Shown here one piece after another: positions 39,112-48,761 of a DNA stretch of 64,000 nucleotides. The position numbers were made by a program, and so were the translations under genes. Positions within the stretch are counted from its first letter, which is position 1. Each line of letters opens with the position of its first letter. Location: positions 1,362-65,361 of the forward strand of contig CAZGHP010000002.1 in the NCBI GenBank assembly GCA_964525455.1, read 5' to 3'. Below the pieces are notes generated by a model, which ran no database searches, was not told where the DNA came from, and saw only the letters and a list, made by a program, of their open reading frames with translations. Source of the DNA: an uncultured Candidatus Saccharibacteria bacterium (GTDB taxonomy: Bacteria > Patescibacteriota > SICC01).

Positions 39112-39974
39112 TGAAACGGCCGCGCCTCGGCGTCGTCATCTACACGCATGACCGGGTCGATGATGCGCGCATCAACCAGGAGGTCATCCGGAATATCTGG
39201 CGGACGCCCGAGTTCGCGGAAACGATGATCGTCCATGCTTACAACGGCCACCAGCGCTGGTACCCGAAGCGTTATCTCGAAGACGTTCTGGTCCGGCGGC
39301 CGAACCCCGGCCACTTGGCCGGTGCCAGCGACCTGATCGACGTGGGAATCAGACGGCTCCGGCGCTATCGCGACATATCGCATGTCGTGGTCCTGGCCGG
39401 CGACGCCTGGTGCCTCGACCCGCGCTATATCGCGAAGAAGATATCGGCGATGCGCAAGCAGGAGAAGCGGCTGGCCAGCGCCGTGTGGGGCACCGCGAAA
39501 CGTCAGAGTATGTGGGATCTCGGCCTGGCGACCCAGCTCTTCATCTTCGAGACCGCTTGGGCGGAGCGGTACCGCCTCTTCCCGCTCGACTACGCGGCGT
39601 TCGCCAAAAAGTACGAGGAATTCTTGCTCTACCGCAGCGGGAGCAGCGTGGCAGCCGAGAAACTTCTCACCACGCGCCTGCTCCAGGCCAGCTACCGGGA
39701 GCGGCCGGTCAATGTCGGGCGCCGGGACATCGCCGAGCGGCACGTGCTGCGCCTGACCGAGTGCGAACCGGTCCATAAGAACGAACGGTGGGAGCGGTAT
39801 CCCTACTGGCCCAAGATCGGGTTCGTGACCCATCATGACCCCGGACCGAAACGGAAGATCCTGAAGCAGCGCGGCGTACGACCGGCCGGTCCGGCGATGA
39901 AGAAACTGCTCACGGCAAAGGACCTGGGCTACTACAACAACGGCGCCCGACAGCACGCCGTACGGGTCGGCTAG
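39111..39974 (+). CDS. Putative GT-A glycosyltransferase-like protein
   Basis: GVVIYTHDR, NPGH, VVVLAGDAW. Confidence 0.5.
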   Translation: MKRPRLGVVIYTHDRVDDARINQEVIRNIWRTPEFAETMIVHAYNGHQRWYPKRYLEDVLVRRPNPGHLAGASDLIDVGIRRLRRYRDISHVVVLAGDAWCLDPRYIAKKISAMRKQEKRLASAVWGTAKRQSMWDLGLATQLFIFETAWAERYRLFPLDYAAFAKKYEEFLLYRSGSSVAAEKLLTTRLLQASYRERPVNVGRRDIAERHVLRLTECEPVHKNERWERYPYWPKIGFVTHHDPGPKRKILKQRGVRPAGPAMKKLLTAKDLGYYNNGARQHAVRVG

Positions 39975-41545
39975 AGTTCTTCCGGTAGCTCGATGCCGAT
40001 CGTCGCGCCGACCTGTTCGAGTACCAGCTTCGTCGCCTCGACCAGCCGGAGCCGGGCTGCGGTCTGGGCCCGGTCGTCGGACACCACGCGGCACTGCTCG
40101 TAGAACTTGTGGAACGTGTCGGCGATGCCGAGCGCATAGTGAGGCACGCGCTGGACCTGGTAATCCGCCGCGGTCTGGCGGATGACCTCCGGGAATTCAC
40201 CGAGTTTCTGGATCAGTGCGAATTCCGCCGGCTCGGTGAGCTTCGACAGGTCCGCGTCCTTCTTCCCGGCGTCCTTCCCCGCCTTCCGCAGGATCCCCGA
40301 CACCCGCGCATACGCGTACTTCAGGTAGTAGACCGGGTTCTTCTGGCTTTCCTCCTTGGCGAGGTCGAGGTCGAAGTCCATGTGCGTGTCCCAGCCGCGC
40401 ATCACGAAGAAGAAGCGCGCCACGTCGGACGGGACCTCGTCGAGCAGCTCGTCGAGTGCCACGTAGGTGCCGGCCCGCTTGCTCATCTTCACTTCCTTCC
40501 CGCCGCGGATCAGCCGGACCATCTGCGTGATAATGATCTCCAGCTTCCCTTCGAAATGTTCCGCCTGCCGGAGGAATTCCACTCCCGCCTGCATCCTCTT
40601 CACGTACCCGTGATGGTCGGCCCCCCAGATATCGATGGCAAGGTCGAACTTCCGCTTCTGCAGCTTGTGATAGTGATAGGCGATATCCGCCGCGAAGTAC
40701 GTGAGCAGCCCGTCCGACTTCCGAAGCACGCGGTCCTTGTCGTCATCGTGGTGGGTGGTCTTGAGCCAGAGCGCACCGTCTTTCTCGTACGCCGCATTGA
40801 TCCTCTCAAGGTCCCGGAGCGTCCGCTCGATCTCCCCTTTCTGGTGGAGCTCCTTGCTTTCCGAGAACCACGTGTCGAACTCGATCCCGGTCCGAGCGAC
40901 CGTTTCCTTGATCTGCTTGGCCTGGGCCGCCGCGGCCTGCCGTCCCGCGACCTGATGATCCTGCTTCTCTTTGACGAACCGCTTCAGTTCGGTCACATAA
41001 TCGCCCTGATAGGAGCGCTCTCCGGGACCGTCAGCCAGGACGGACTTACCGAGCTCCGTGATCTGGTTACCGATATCGTTCAGATAGTATTCCCGCTCCA
41101 CGGCGTGCCCGGCCCGGTCGAACACGTTAGCCAACACGTCTCCCCCATACCCGCCCCGGCCGCTGGCGAGGGTCAGCGGACCGGTCGGGTTCGCCGAGAC
41201 GAACTCGACCTGGACCTTCTTTCCGGTTTTCCCGAACCGGCCGAAGTCCTTCCCCGCCTCCAGGATCTCCGTCACCGCTTTCTGCCAGGCCGCCGGGCTC
41301 AGCGTGAAGTTAAGGAATCCCGGCCCGGCCACCTCGACCTTCGTGAACCGCTCATCCGCGGCGAGCTTCTCCTGCAGTCCTTCCGCAAGGCTCCGCGGGT
41401 TCACGCCCCGCTTCTTACCGAGCACCAGCGCGGCGTTCGAAGCGTAGTCGCCGTGCCCGGCCTGCTTCGGCCGTTCGACGGAGAAGTCGGCATCGTCCGC
41501 GTCGGCGAGTCCGGCGAGTAACTTGTGTATTTGTTGGGAGAGCAT
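39971..41545 (-). CDS. argS: Arginyl-tRNA synthetase
   Basis: GDYASN, AGPGFLN, EFVSANPTGPL, GADHHGY, MSKRAG. Confidence 0.96.
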   Translation of the reverse strand: MLSQQIHKLLAGLADADDADFSVERPKQAGHGDYASNAALVLGKKRGVNPRSLAEGLQEKLAADERFTKVEVAGPGFLNFTLSPAAWQKAVTEILEAGKDFGRFGKTGKKVQVEFVSANPTGPLTLASGRGGYGGDVLANVFDRAGHAVEREYYLNDIGNQITELGKSVLADGPGERSYQGDYVTELKRFVKEKQDHQVAGRQAAAAQAKQIKETVARTGIEFDTWFSESKELHQKGEIERTLRDLERINAAYEKDGALWLKTTHHDDDKDRVLRKSDGLLTYFAADIAYHYHKLQKRKFDLAIDIWGADHHGYVKRMQAGVEFLRQAEHFEGKLEIIITQMVRLIRGGKEVKMSKRAGTYVALDELLDEVPSDVARFFFVMRGWDTHMDFDLDLAKEESQKNPVYYLKYAYARVSGILRKAGKDAGKKDADLSKLTEPAEFALIQKLGEFPEVIRQTAADYQVQRVPHYALGIADTFHKFYEQCRVVSDDRAQTAARLRLVEATKLVLEQVGATIGIELPEEL

Positions 41546-41886
41546 AGGTAGTGATATCATTATCCGTCGTTCACCGTCCGAGGTAAATCTTCGAACATTC
41601 ACAACGATACGCAATCCGAAGGGAGACATCTGTTGGATCCGAACAAGGCCTCTCAAGCTCTCGGTTTTCTAATCCTCATCGGAGGCGGTGCCATTTGCAT
41701 CATTCTCGTGGCAGTCGGCGGTTGTGGCTCTGCCTAACATCCCGCTAGTACACCGCTTCAAAAAACGAAAGGACACGCCCGTACGCCGAACCGTAGACCC
41801 CGCAACGAGAGTGGCGCTTTCAATGGCGCGGTGCTCATCACCGCCCTGGATCATCTTCATGGGCGACTAGGAACAGAAAGGAAACC

Positions 41887-42045
41887 ATGTCAGCAGACCA
41901 GCACCAGAAGGACGGCGAGCTCAAACTGAGATACCGGATCGCCGGCACCGTGCTCACTGCCGGAGTGTATCTCATGATGGCCTTCCTCGTCCTCTGTGCC
42001 CTCGGATTCTTACTCGCCTTGGTCACGCTCGTTCCCGAGCAGTGA
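41887..42045 (+). CDS. Small membrane peptide (52 aa); not in ORF track
   Basis: SD GAAAGGA; MSADQHQ...YLMMAFLVLCALGFLLALVTLVPEQ; followed by terminator. Confidence 0.6.
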   Translation: MSADQHQKDGELKLRYRIAGTVLTAGVYLMMAFLVLCALGFLLALVTLVPEQ

Positions 42046-42080
42046 ACAAGTCCAGGCAACCGACCGGCACTACCTTACCC

Positions 42081-42124
42081 GCGGCCAGAGAGATACCCCC
42101 AACCAATCTCTCTGGCCGCTTTTT
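42081..42124 (+). terminator. Intrinsic terminator
   Basis: GCGGCCAGAGAGAT...ATCTCTCTGGCCGC-TTTTT. Confidence 0.85.
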
Positions 42125-42158
42125 CTTCGTGCGGCGCTTCTTGAGGCATAATCAGGAC

Positions 42159-42617
42159 ATGAAGGTCATCGCGAAGAACCGGCGGGCACGGCACGACTAC
42201 CTGCTCGAACAGACGTATGAGGCCGGCGTCGCGCTTACGGGCAGCGAGGTCAAGTCGATCAAGGCTGGCGATATCTCGATCCAGGAAGCCTACGTGGTGA
42301 TCCGCGGCGCCGAGGCGTACCTGCTCGGCGCACACGTCAAACCGTGGCACGCTTCCCGCGGCGTTGGCGGCGAGACCGACCCGACCCGCACCCGCAAGCT
42401 CCTCCTCCACCGGCAGGAGCTCGACAAGCTGATCGGCGCGACCAAGGAGAAGGGCCGGACGCTGGTACCGGTCACCGTGGGGCTGAGCAAGGGGCTGGTG
42501 AAGCTCGAGATCGCGCTTGCCCGCGGCAAGAAGACGCACGACAAGCGCGAGACGCTGAAGCGCCGCTCGGCCGACCGCGAAGCGGCCCAAGCCATCAGAC
42601 GAGCGGCGAAAAGTTAG
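42159..42617 (+). CDS. smpB: SsrA-binding protein
   Basis: NRRARHDY, EAGVALTGSEVKS, RKLLLH, GKKTHDKR. Confidence 0.97.
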   Translation: MKVIAKNRRARHDYLLEQTYEAGVALTGSEVKSIKAGDISIQEAYVVIRGAEAYLLGAHVKPWHASRGVGGETDPTRTRKLLLHRQELDKLIGATKEKGRTLVPVTVGLSKGLVKLEIALARGKKTHDKRETLKRRSADREAAQAIRRAAKS

Positions 42618-42657
42618 TTTATTGACTTTATTCCGCGAGTCCGTAGACTTGGGTATC

Positions 42658-43032
42658 GTGAGCGTACAACCTGAACCCGAACCTGGGGCGAGACCCGATA
42701 CCGACTTCAGCGCCGAACCCGAACCTGGGCCGGTTTCCGAAGACGGGCCGTCGCCGGAAACAGCCGGGGAGTCCGACGGTAGATCGGCCGACGGGCGCGC
42801 CGGAACGCCCGAACCCGACCAACCCGAACCAAGACCCCGGACCCGCCCCGCGCCCCTGGCTGGCTTTTCGGAAGGCTTGATCGACGCCCTTCGCAAACGT
42901 CAGGAAGACAGACGGGACAGGCGGTCCTTCCGCGGCCCATTGGGCCGGCCGAGCCTTGGCACGGTACGGCAAGCCAAGCGGGAACAGGCGGAGAGACGCC
43001 CGCCCGAGCCACCCGGCGACGCGGGAAGCTGA
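42658..43032 (+). CDS. Low-complexity hypothetical protein
   Basis: TTGACT..TAGACT promoter directly upstream of GTG; Pro/Glu-rich. Confidence 0.5.
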   Translation: MSVQPEPEPGARPDTDFSAEPEPGPVSEDGPSPETAGESDGRSADGRAGTPEPDQPEPRPRTRPAPLAGFSEGLIDALRKRQEDRRDRRSFRGPLGRPSLGTVRQAKREQAERRPPEPPGDAGS

Positions 43033-43051
43033 CCGCGGCCGGCCGGCCACG

Positions 43052-43717
43052 TCACGCGTGATACGCCGAACGCGGCACGGCCACCGCGCAGATCTCGGCG
43101 AGTGCGTGTAGTAGCGCTTTGTGTTCCTCCGGCTTGAGCCGCGCGTAGAGCTTCTCGACCGTATCGCCGTCCCCTACCTCCACCTGGGCGCGCCGGAACA
43201 CCGGTCCGACACCGCCGTCCGGCGTATGCGCGAAGATGCTGGAACCGGCCCGCGACTGTCCGGCCGCCAGCACGGCCTGGATCGCGTTCTGTCCGGTCAG
43301 TCCCGTGCACGGGTCAGCAAAGGTACCGTCCGGCAATTTGAACTTATGGTAGCCCGGGTCGGGCAAAAGCCCCGGGTGCACCGAGAGCACGCGCCATGGG
43401 AAGTAGCGGTGGAACGACTCGGAGAGACCGTAGGTCCAGCCCGCCAGGACGACCAGGTCCGGCGAGAACCGCTGGAGCTTGCGGGCGAGATCCTCCTCGT
43501 AATGCGACCGCGGCTTGCCGCGCGCCGCGTAATCGGCATGGTCCAGCACGACCGTCGGCACGTCCGCTTCACGGGCACGCACCAGGCCGTAGGCATTCTC
43601 CTGGTCGGAGGCGACCGCCACGATCTGGCCGTCGAACCGCTCGGTCTGGCCGTCCAGCAACGCCTGGAGGTTCGAGCCGCCGCTCTTGTTCGAAATGAGT
43701 ACCGCGATACGTTTCAT
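43052..43717 (-). CDS. PurN-like formyltransferase-fold protein (catalytic residues altered)
   Basis: IAVLIS..GSNLQALL, DLVVLAG, VHPGLLP, EEH. Confidence 0.8.
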   Translation of the reverse strand: MKRIAVLISNKSGGSNLQALLDGQTERFDGQIVAVASDQENAYGLVRAREADVPTVVLDHADYAARGKPRSHYEEDLARKLQRFSPDLVVLAGWTYGLSESFHRYFPWRVLSVHPGLLPDPGYHKFKLPDGTFADPCTGLTGQNAIQAVLAAGQSRAGSSIFAHTPDGGVGPVFRRAQVEVGDGDTVEKLYARLKPEEHKALLHALAEICAVAVPRSAYHA

Positions 43718-43749
43718 GTCGGTGTTTGCCGTCATGATAGCACGCCTGG

Positions 43750-45015
43750 TCAGGCGTGAGATACGTCCAACGTCGCGAAGAGGTCGTCCTCGGTCTCCGC
43801 GCGGCGGATCAGCTCCAGCGAACCGTCTTCCCTGAGCAGCGCTTCCCCGCACCGGAGCTTGCCGTTGTAGTTGAATCCCATCGCCCGGCCGTGCGCGCCG
43901 GTGTCGTGGATCACCAAGACATCGCCGGGCACGACCTTCGGTAGTTTGCGCTGGATGGCGAACTTGTCGTTGTTCTCGCAGAGCGAGCCGGCCACGTCGT
44001 AGGTCTCGGTGGCAGGCGCGTCTTCTTTCCCGAGCACGGTGATATGGTGATAGGCGCCGTACAGGCTGGGGCGCATGAGGTCGGCCATGGTGGCGTCCAC
44101 GCCGACCACCTGCCGGTGCTTCTGCATGACGTGCCGGACCGTCGCGAGCAGCACGCCGTGCGGCCCGACCACGAAGCGGCCCATCTCGGTAAAGATCTCC
44201 GGGCCCTCCGTGCCGAACGCCTCGCGATAGGCGGACTTGATCAGCTCCGTCACGCGGCCGACATCGATCGGCTGCTGGCCCGGTTCGTAGGGAATGCCGA
44301 ACCCGCCGCCGAGGTTGATGAAGCTGAGCGTGACGCCGGTCTCCTTCATGACCCGCTGTGCTTCGGCAAAGAGGATCCGGGCGGTTTCCGCGAAGTAATC
44401 GGCCCGCACCTCGTTCGACGCGACCATCGTGTGCATGCCGAACCGCTGCACGCCGCCGGCCTTAAGCTGCCGGTAGGCTTCCGGCAGTTGGGTGGCCGTC
44501 ATGCCGAACTTCGCCTCTTCCGGCAGGCCAATCATCTCGTTGCCGCCCTTGAGCCGGCCCGGGTTATAGCGTACGCAGGCGGTCTCAGGAAGGTTTCCGA
44601 GATGCTCGCGGTAATAGCCGATGTGCGTGAGGTCGTCGAAGTTGATGATCGCCCCGAGCGCGGCCGCACGGCGGAACTCCTCCGCCGGCGTGTCGTTGGA
44701 GGTGAACATCACGCGCGAACCGGTAATTCCCGCCCGTTCCGCGAGCGCGAGTTCCGGCCCGGAGCTGGTGTCGGCCCCCGACTGCTCGTCGCGTAGGATC
44801 TCCAGGATCCGCGGGTTCGGCAGGGCTTTCACCGCGAAGTAGTTGCGATAGCCCGGCGCCCAGGCGAACGCCTCGTTCAGCGTACGGGCGCTCGCCCGGA
44901 TGCCGCGCTCATCGTAGAGGTAGAGCGGCGGCGCGAACCGTTTGATCGCCTGGGTGATTGCCTCGCGTGGAGGGGTGAAACCATTGGCATGCACTGGTGA
45001 CGACTGACCCTTCAT
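43750..45015 (-). CDS. lysA: Diaminopimelate decarboxylase
   Basis: FAVKALPN, AKFG, NLGGG, GSLCENND, MGFNYN. Confidence 0.92.
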   Translation of the reverse strand: MKGQSSPVHANGFTPPREAITQAIKRFAPPLYLYDERGIRASARTLNEAFAWAPGYRNYFAVKALPNPRILEILRDEQSGADTSSGPELALAERAGITGSRVMFTSNDTPAEEFRRAAALGAIINFDDLTHIGYYREHLGNLPETACVRYNPGRLKGGNEMIGLPEEAKFGMTATQLPEAYRQLKAGGVQRFGMHTMVASNEVRADYFAETARILFAEAQRVMKETGVTLSFINLGGGFGIPYEPGQQPIDVGRVTELIKSAYREAFGTEGPEIFTEMGRFVVGPHGVLLATVRHVMQKHRQVVGVDATMADLMRPSLYGAYHHITVLGKEDAPATETYDVAGSLCENNDKFAIQRKLPKVVPGDVLVIHDTGAHGRAMGFNYNGKLRCGEALLREDGSLELIRRAETEDDLFATLDVSHA

Positions 45016-45036
45016 AGTTATCCAAGCTACTACAAG

Positions 45037-45852
45037 TCAGGGCTTTTTGATACGCGGATCGTCGGGAACGGCTCCCCAGAAGCCGCGCGCATCCAGTACC
45101 GCGAGGAGTTCTTCCCGTTGGCGCTCGACCAGGCGACCGACAGGACGATCGTAGCCGATATGCAGCTCTCGAAGTATCCCCCCGATTCCCTTTCGGTCCC
45201 TTCGGCCGTTCTTACCGTGCGGAACATGCCACAACAGCTCGGCGACCGGCATGTTTTCAACCATGGGATCATCCAGCGCTTCGACCACCGGAAGCTCACC
45301 CCGCTTTACTTCGCGCTTCATCCGCGCGCGAGCAAACCGGATTTCATTGGCACGCTCCAGGGCCGGCATGCGTTGGGTTTCCGAAGACACATACACCCCC
45401 AGCTTCCTTACCTCCGGAGTGACCGGCACCTCCCTGCGTTCATGGCCTTCGCGAGCCAGCTCGGTCAGCAGCACGTCGTGGCTCCAGGCAGAGAGATGCT
45501 CCACCGTGACTTCTTGTGACACCCGGGCCTTCCTGAGAACCCGGCGCGTACGGGCATTGCTCTTGAGACCCCGAGGTCCCCAGCCGATCAGGCTGACCAG
45601 TTCTTCTACCGGCATGGTCGCGACCGCCGGATCGTCAAGGACGTCGGGAATAATCATGTCTCCGTTCCGGAGTCCCTCCCGGATCCTGCTCCTTCGCATC
45701 CTGTGGCGGTTCGCTTTTTCCAGCGCGGCATCCCGGAGGCGCTCTTGGAGATCGGCCGGCGACTCCGCGGCGGGCCCGCCATCCGCGATGAAACCGGCCG
45801 CGGCCTCGGTCGCCCCGGATTCCCCTTCCGCGCCTAGTGGTGCAAGTATCAT
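45037..45852 (-). CDS. Tandem two-domain mIHF-like (H2TH) protein
   Basis: AALEKANRHRMRRSRIREGLRNG and QRMPALERANEIRFARARMKREVKRG...GRLVERQREELL. Confidence 0.72.
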   Translation of the reverse strand: MILAPLGAEGESGATEAAAGFIADGGPAAESPADLQERLRDAALEKANRHRMRRSRIREGLRNGDMIIPDVLDDPAVATMPVEELVSLIGWGPRGLKSNARTRRVLRKARVSQEVTVEHLSAWSHDVLLTELAREGHERREVPVTPEVRKLGVYVSSETQRMPALERANEIRFARARMKREVKRGELPVVEALDDPMVENMPVAELLWHVPHGKNGRRDRKGIGGILRELHIGYDRPVGRLVERQREELLAVLDARGFWGAVPDDPRIKKP

Positions 45853-45879
45853 GGCCGTTCAGTTTAGCACGACCGACCA

Positions 45880-45908
45880 TTGACTTTTGCGCCCAGCTGA
45901 CCTACAAT
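45880..45908 (+). promoter_or_regulatory. ssrA promoter
   Basis: TTGACT-17 nt-TACAAT. Confidence 0.85.
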
Positions 45909-45916
45909 CCGCCCAC

Positions 45917-46340
45917 GGGGATGCACCGGATTCGACGGTGAAGCACCTTGACAGACCGCCGGCTGAGGACGGACGCTCACCTCATTAATCATGCGTCCGA
46001 CGCCATTACAATTGGCAACTTTACAGAGAAAGTCGCTGCGTTCCGTGACTCCGTAAGGGAAACCTTCCGGACCGCGTTCGCGCAGATGGACGCTCTACCC
46101 GTCCGGGCTTAATTCCCGGACCGTGCGCCTGCCAGTGCCCGGCTGGAAGGATCGCGCGCCATACTCCGGGCTTATCCCGATTCCCTAGTCTCAGGAAATT
46201 GGGAGAAAACTTTGAGACTGGGTTCGCTGGGTTTCGTCCGTTTTCGACCAGCGAGCTGACAGCAAAAAGCGGACTACGCCGGTAGATCGTCTTTCACAGG
46301 TCTTTATCGGACGGGGGTTCGACTCCCCCCATCTCCACCA
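45917..46340 (+). ncRNA. ssrA: tmRNA
   Basis: GGGGATG..GGATTCGAC 5' end; GGGGTTCGACTCCCCCCATCTCCACCA 3' end; tag ORF 46014-46112. Confidence 0.95.
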
Positions 46341-46464
46341 AGCTTACGGAAAATTAGCGACACATTTATACCTCTGTTGAGGTATTTATTTAGTGCCAAT
46401 CCGCTTGTTAGTTGCGAATGTTGAGGGGAGTCAAACCCCGCTAGACAGTTACGCTTCAAGCGGG

Positions 46465-47154
46465 CTATCGCGCACGAGCTTTGGCGACGGCATCGTCAAG
46501 TGCTTCTATGGCTTTAATCGCGGTGTTAACGCGCAGGCCTTTTACCATTTCATCCCAGTAGCTTGGATCGCGCTGCCGTCCGACTTCATGCTCTTCTAGA
46601 TAGAACCTCGCTGCGCCTTGCCACGTCCATGTTCTCCCTCTCGAAGCGGCTTCCTCCTTAGAGAAGGCCCAAAGAAGATTCACTGTGTCACTACTAGCAG
46701 CATGCACTTTCTGCCATGCCTCATCCGCTTTCCCGCGTACTTCGGAGGGTAAATCAGGAGTTAGACGATTTAAATCCCAATACAAGTCAAGCAACTGCTT
46801 ATCCGGCCTGGCGAGTGTGGCAAAGTCAGGCTTAGGACCTCTTCCTGGAAGGGGGAACAACCATTGCAGAGAGGGCACCATAAATCGCTTGGCCTCGTGG
46901 AGGATTCTACCTAACTCCATAAGGGCACGTGTTTCAATCTCATATCTTGCCTGACGGCGCTGGTGCTGTACTAAGTTGTAGGTAAGGGCTACGTATGCAG
47001 TGGTTACGATGAGAAGTACATAGGATGTCACTGCCTGAACAGCTGGTGCTGCATCCTTGTCGTGTGCCTCATGCCATATCCCTACTCCGGCTAGCACAAG
47101 CGCACCAACTAGGATGAGTGCTAGAAGAATCTTGGCGAACCTTTGTCGAGTCAT
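46465..47154 (-). CDS. Hypothetical membrane protein (2 TM)
   Basis: Two hydrophobic segments then a helical region. Confidence 0.6.
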   Translation of the reverse strand: MTRQRFAKILLALILVGALVLAGVGIWHEAHDKDAAPAVQAVTSYVLLIVTTAYVALTYNLVQHQRRQARYEIETRALMELGRILHEAKRFMVPSLQWLFPLPGRGPKPDFATLARPDKQLLDLYWDLNRLTPDLPSEVRGKADEAWQKVHAASSDTVNLLWAFSKEEAASRGRTWTWQGAARFYLEEHEVGRQRDPSYWDEMVKGLRVNTAIKAIEALDDAVAKARAR

Positions 47155-47275
47155 TGCATTTATACCCTTTGGCAATAGGAACTCTTTTCTGAAGGGTTGT
47201 CGAGAGTCATGCCAGGTCACTTATACTTTCACTATACCCCTTGAATGCCCCCCCCCCGTGGGATAGGGTGAATGG

Positions 47276-47482
47276 GTGAAGGATGCTTCTAAGCGAGGAT
47301 TGGCTGCGGCGAAGAAAGACGGGACGCTCCGGCAAGTGCAAGCTGGCACGGTAGCCGTAGACGTCTGGGCTGAACCGCTTGAGAAGCCGGACATGGATCG
47401 GTTCGTTGCGGTGCTCGTGACGCTGGCGCAGCGGCACATGGAGCAAGAGGCGGAGAAGCGAGGCGGGCGATCCAAGAGCTAG
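47276..47482 (+). CDS. Small hypothetical protein
   Basis: KPDMDRFVAVLVTLAQ; resembles small ORFs that precede serine recombinases (recollection, unverified). Confidence 0.45.
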   Translation: MKDASKRGLAAAKKDGTLRQVQAGTVAVDVWAEPLEKPDMDRFVAVLVTLAQRHMEQEAEKRGGRSKS

Positions 47483-47594
47483 CGGCCGTAGAGGCGACGA
47501 TGAAGCTCAGCGAGAAACCTCTGAGTCTCCTGGTTTGAGAACTGCCCAACTAGTTCCACCAAGTGGGTATCCAAATCTGATATCCTAGTTGCAT

Positions 47595-47909
47595 ATGAGC
47601 ACTATTCGACCCCTTGCGATTCTTACTGCGATTTCAGTCTTGGTAGCCCCCAGTCAGGCTCATGCTTATGTTGATCCAGGCACTGGGAGTGTTATGACTC
47701 AAGCAATTATTGGGGTCATCGTAGCTTGGGCTTTACCTGTTTGGATGATAATTCATGCAGCACGAAACGACGTTAATAATCGCGCGCTCTGGATCATACT
47801 GATGGTGTTCTTTGGAATATTTGCCGCAATCATCTATCTCTTTGCTGTAAAGCTGCCTTATGACCGTCAGCAACGCGAGAAAGCCACAAACACGTCCAAG
47901 CGACGGTAG
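47595..47909 (+). CDS. Small membrane protein (YVDPGTG motif + PLDc_N-like segment)
   Basis: AHAYVDPGTGS; WIILMVFFGIFAAIIYLF. Confidence 0.65.
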   Translation: MSTIRPLAILTAISVLVAPSQAHAYVDPGTGSVMTQAIIGVIVAWALPVWMIIHAARNDVNNRALWIILMVFFGIFAAIIYLFAVKLPYDRQQREKATNTSKRR

Positions 47910-47999
47910 ACGAATCATCAAATGGAGCAAAGAAGCAGTCAGCGCAAGCTGGCTTTTTTTATTTCTTAGATCAGAAAAGTCTCGAGGTAAAATTAGGTT

Positions 48000-48761
48000 A
48001 TGAGTAAAAAACATAAGCGTCCCTCGGGAAGGTCATCACTTAAACATCATCAACGCAATAAAAAAACGTTGAAGCCTCCTCTGGCGAGTATTCCAAATAT
48101 GCAAGAAATTGATTGGGCAAGAGATGTTATGCCCGATTATTTATGGCTCGCAAGCGTAGCGGAGATTACAGGTGACGTTACCGCAGCGCACAAACCTTTG
48201 GATAAGTTAGATGAACTTATTTCCAACGACAATATATTAGACGGCCGAATATCATCCTTTGCAAACATCCCTGAAGAAAAGCATCCTGAGGCAAGGCAAA
48301 TACTTACTAGCACTTTTCCGTACGCGATTCATGATCAACTGGCCAATGCATTGTTGCTTTATCCTAAATGCCCTGCAAATTGGCTGTTCGAAGACTGGCA
48401 AAATACTCACACTATCAACCCGGAAACTGGAATTAATCATCTAAAAAGTTTAATCCCATCGATTCTGCCAAGTAGAGACGTCCCAGCTGTAAAACTTAAG
48501 ATGATGTACTTGGCACGATTAATGAAGAATGGGAAAATCCACATTTCTGACAAAATTAGAGCGGTTGACCTGCTACCAAAATACCCAAGTGGGCTAGATG
48601 AAGATGGACGAAAGACTGTTGAGGCCATGAGTCGAGCAATGTGGTTAGGAATGCCAGATGTAGAAGCAGGTATGGCTTGGGTTGAACATTTTTGGAAACA
48701 AAATTGGCAAATATCTACTTGTGAGCCATGGCCCACAAGTAAGAAAGCAACAGATGAGTAA
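48000..48761 (+). CDS. Hypothetical protein, probable N-terminal half of a DUF5677-type protein
   Basis: HHQRNKKTLKPP..W..DVMPDYLW; overlaps the next ORF. Confidence 0.6.
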   Translation: MSKKHKRPSGRSSLKHHQRNKKTLKPPLASIPNMQEIDWARDVMPDYLWLASVAEITGDVTAAHKPLDKLDELISNDNILDGRISSFANIPEEKHPEARQILTSTFPYAIHDQLANALLLYPKCPANWLFEDWQNTHTINPETGINHLKSLIPSILPSRDVPAVKLKMMYLARLMKNGKIHISDKIRAVDLLPKYPSGLDEDGRKTVEAMSRAMWLGMPDVEAGMAWVEHFWKQNWQISTCEPWPTSKKATDE

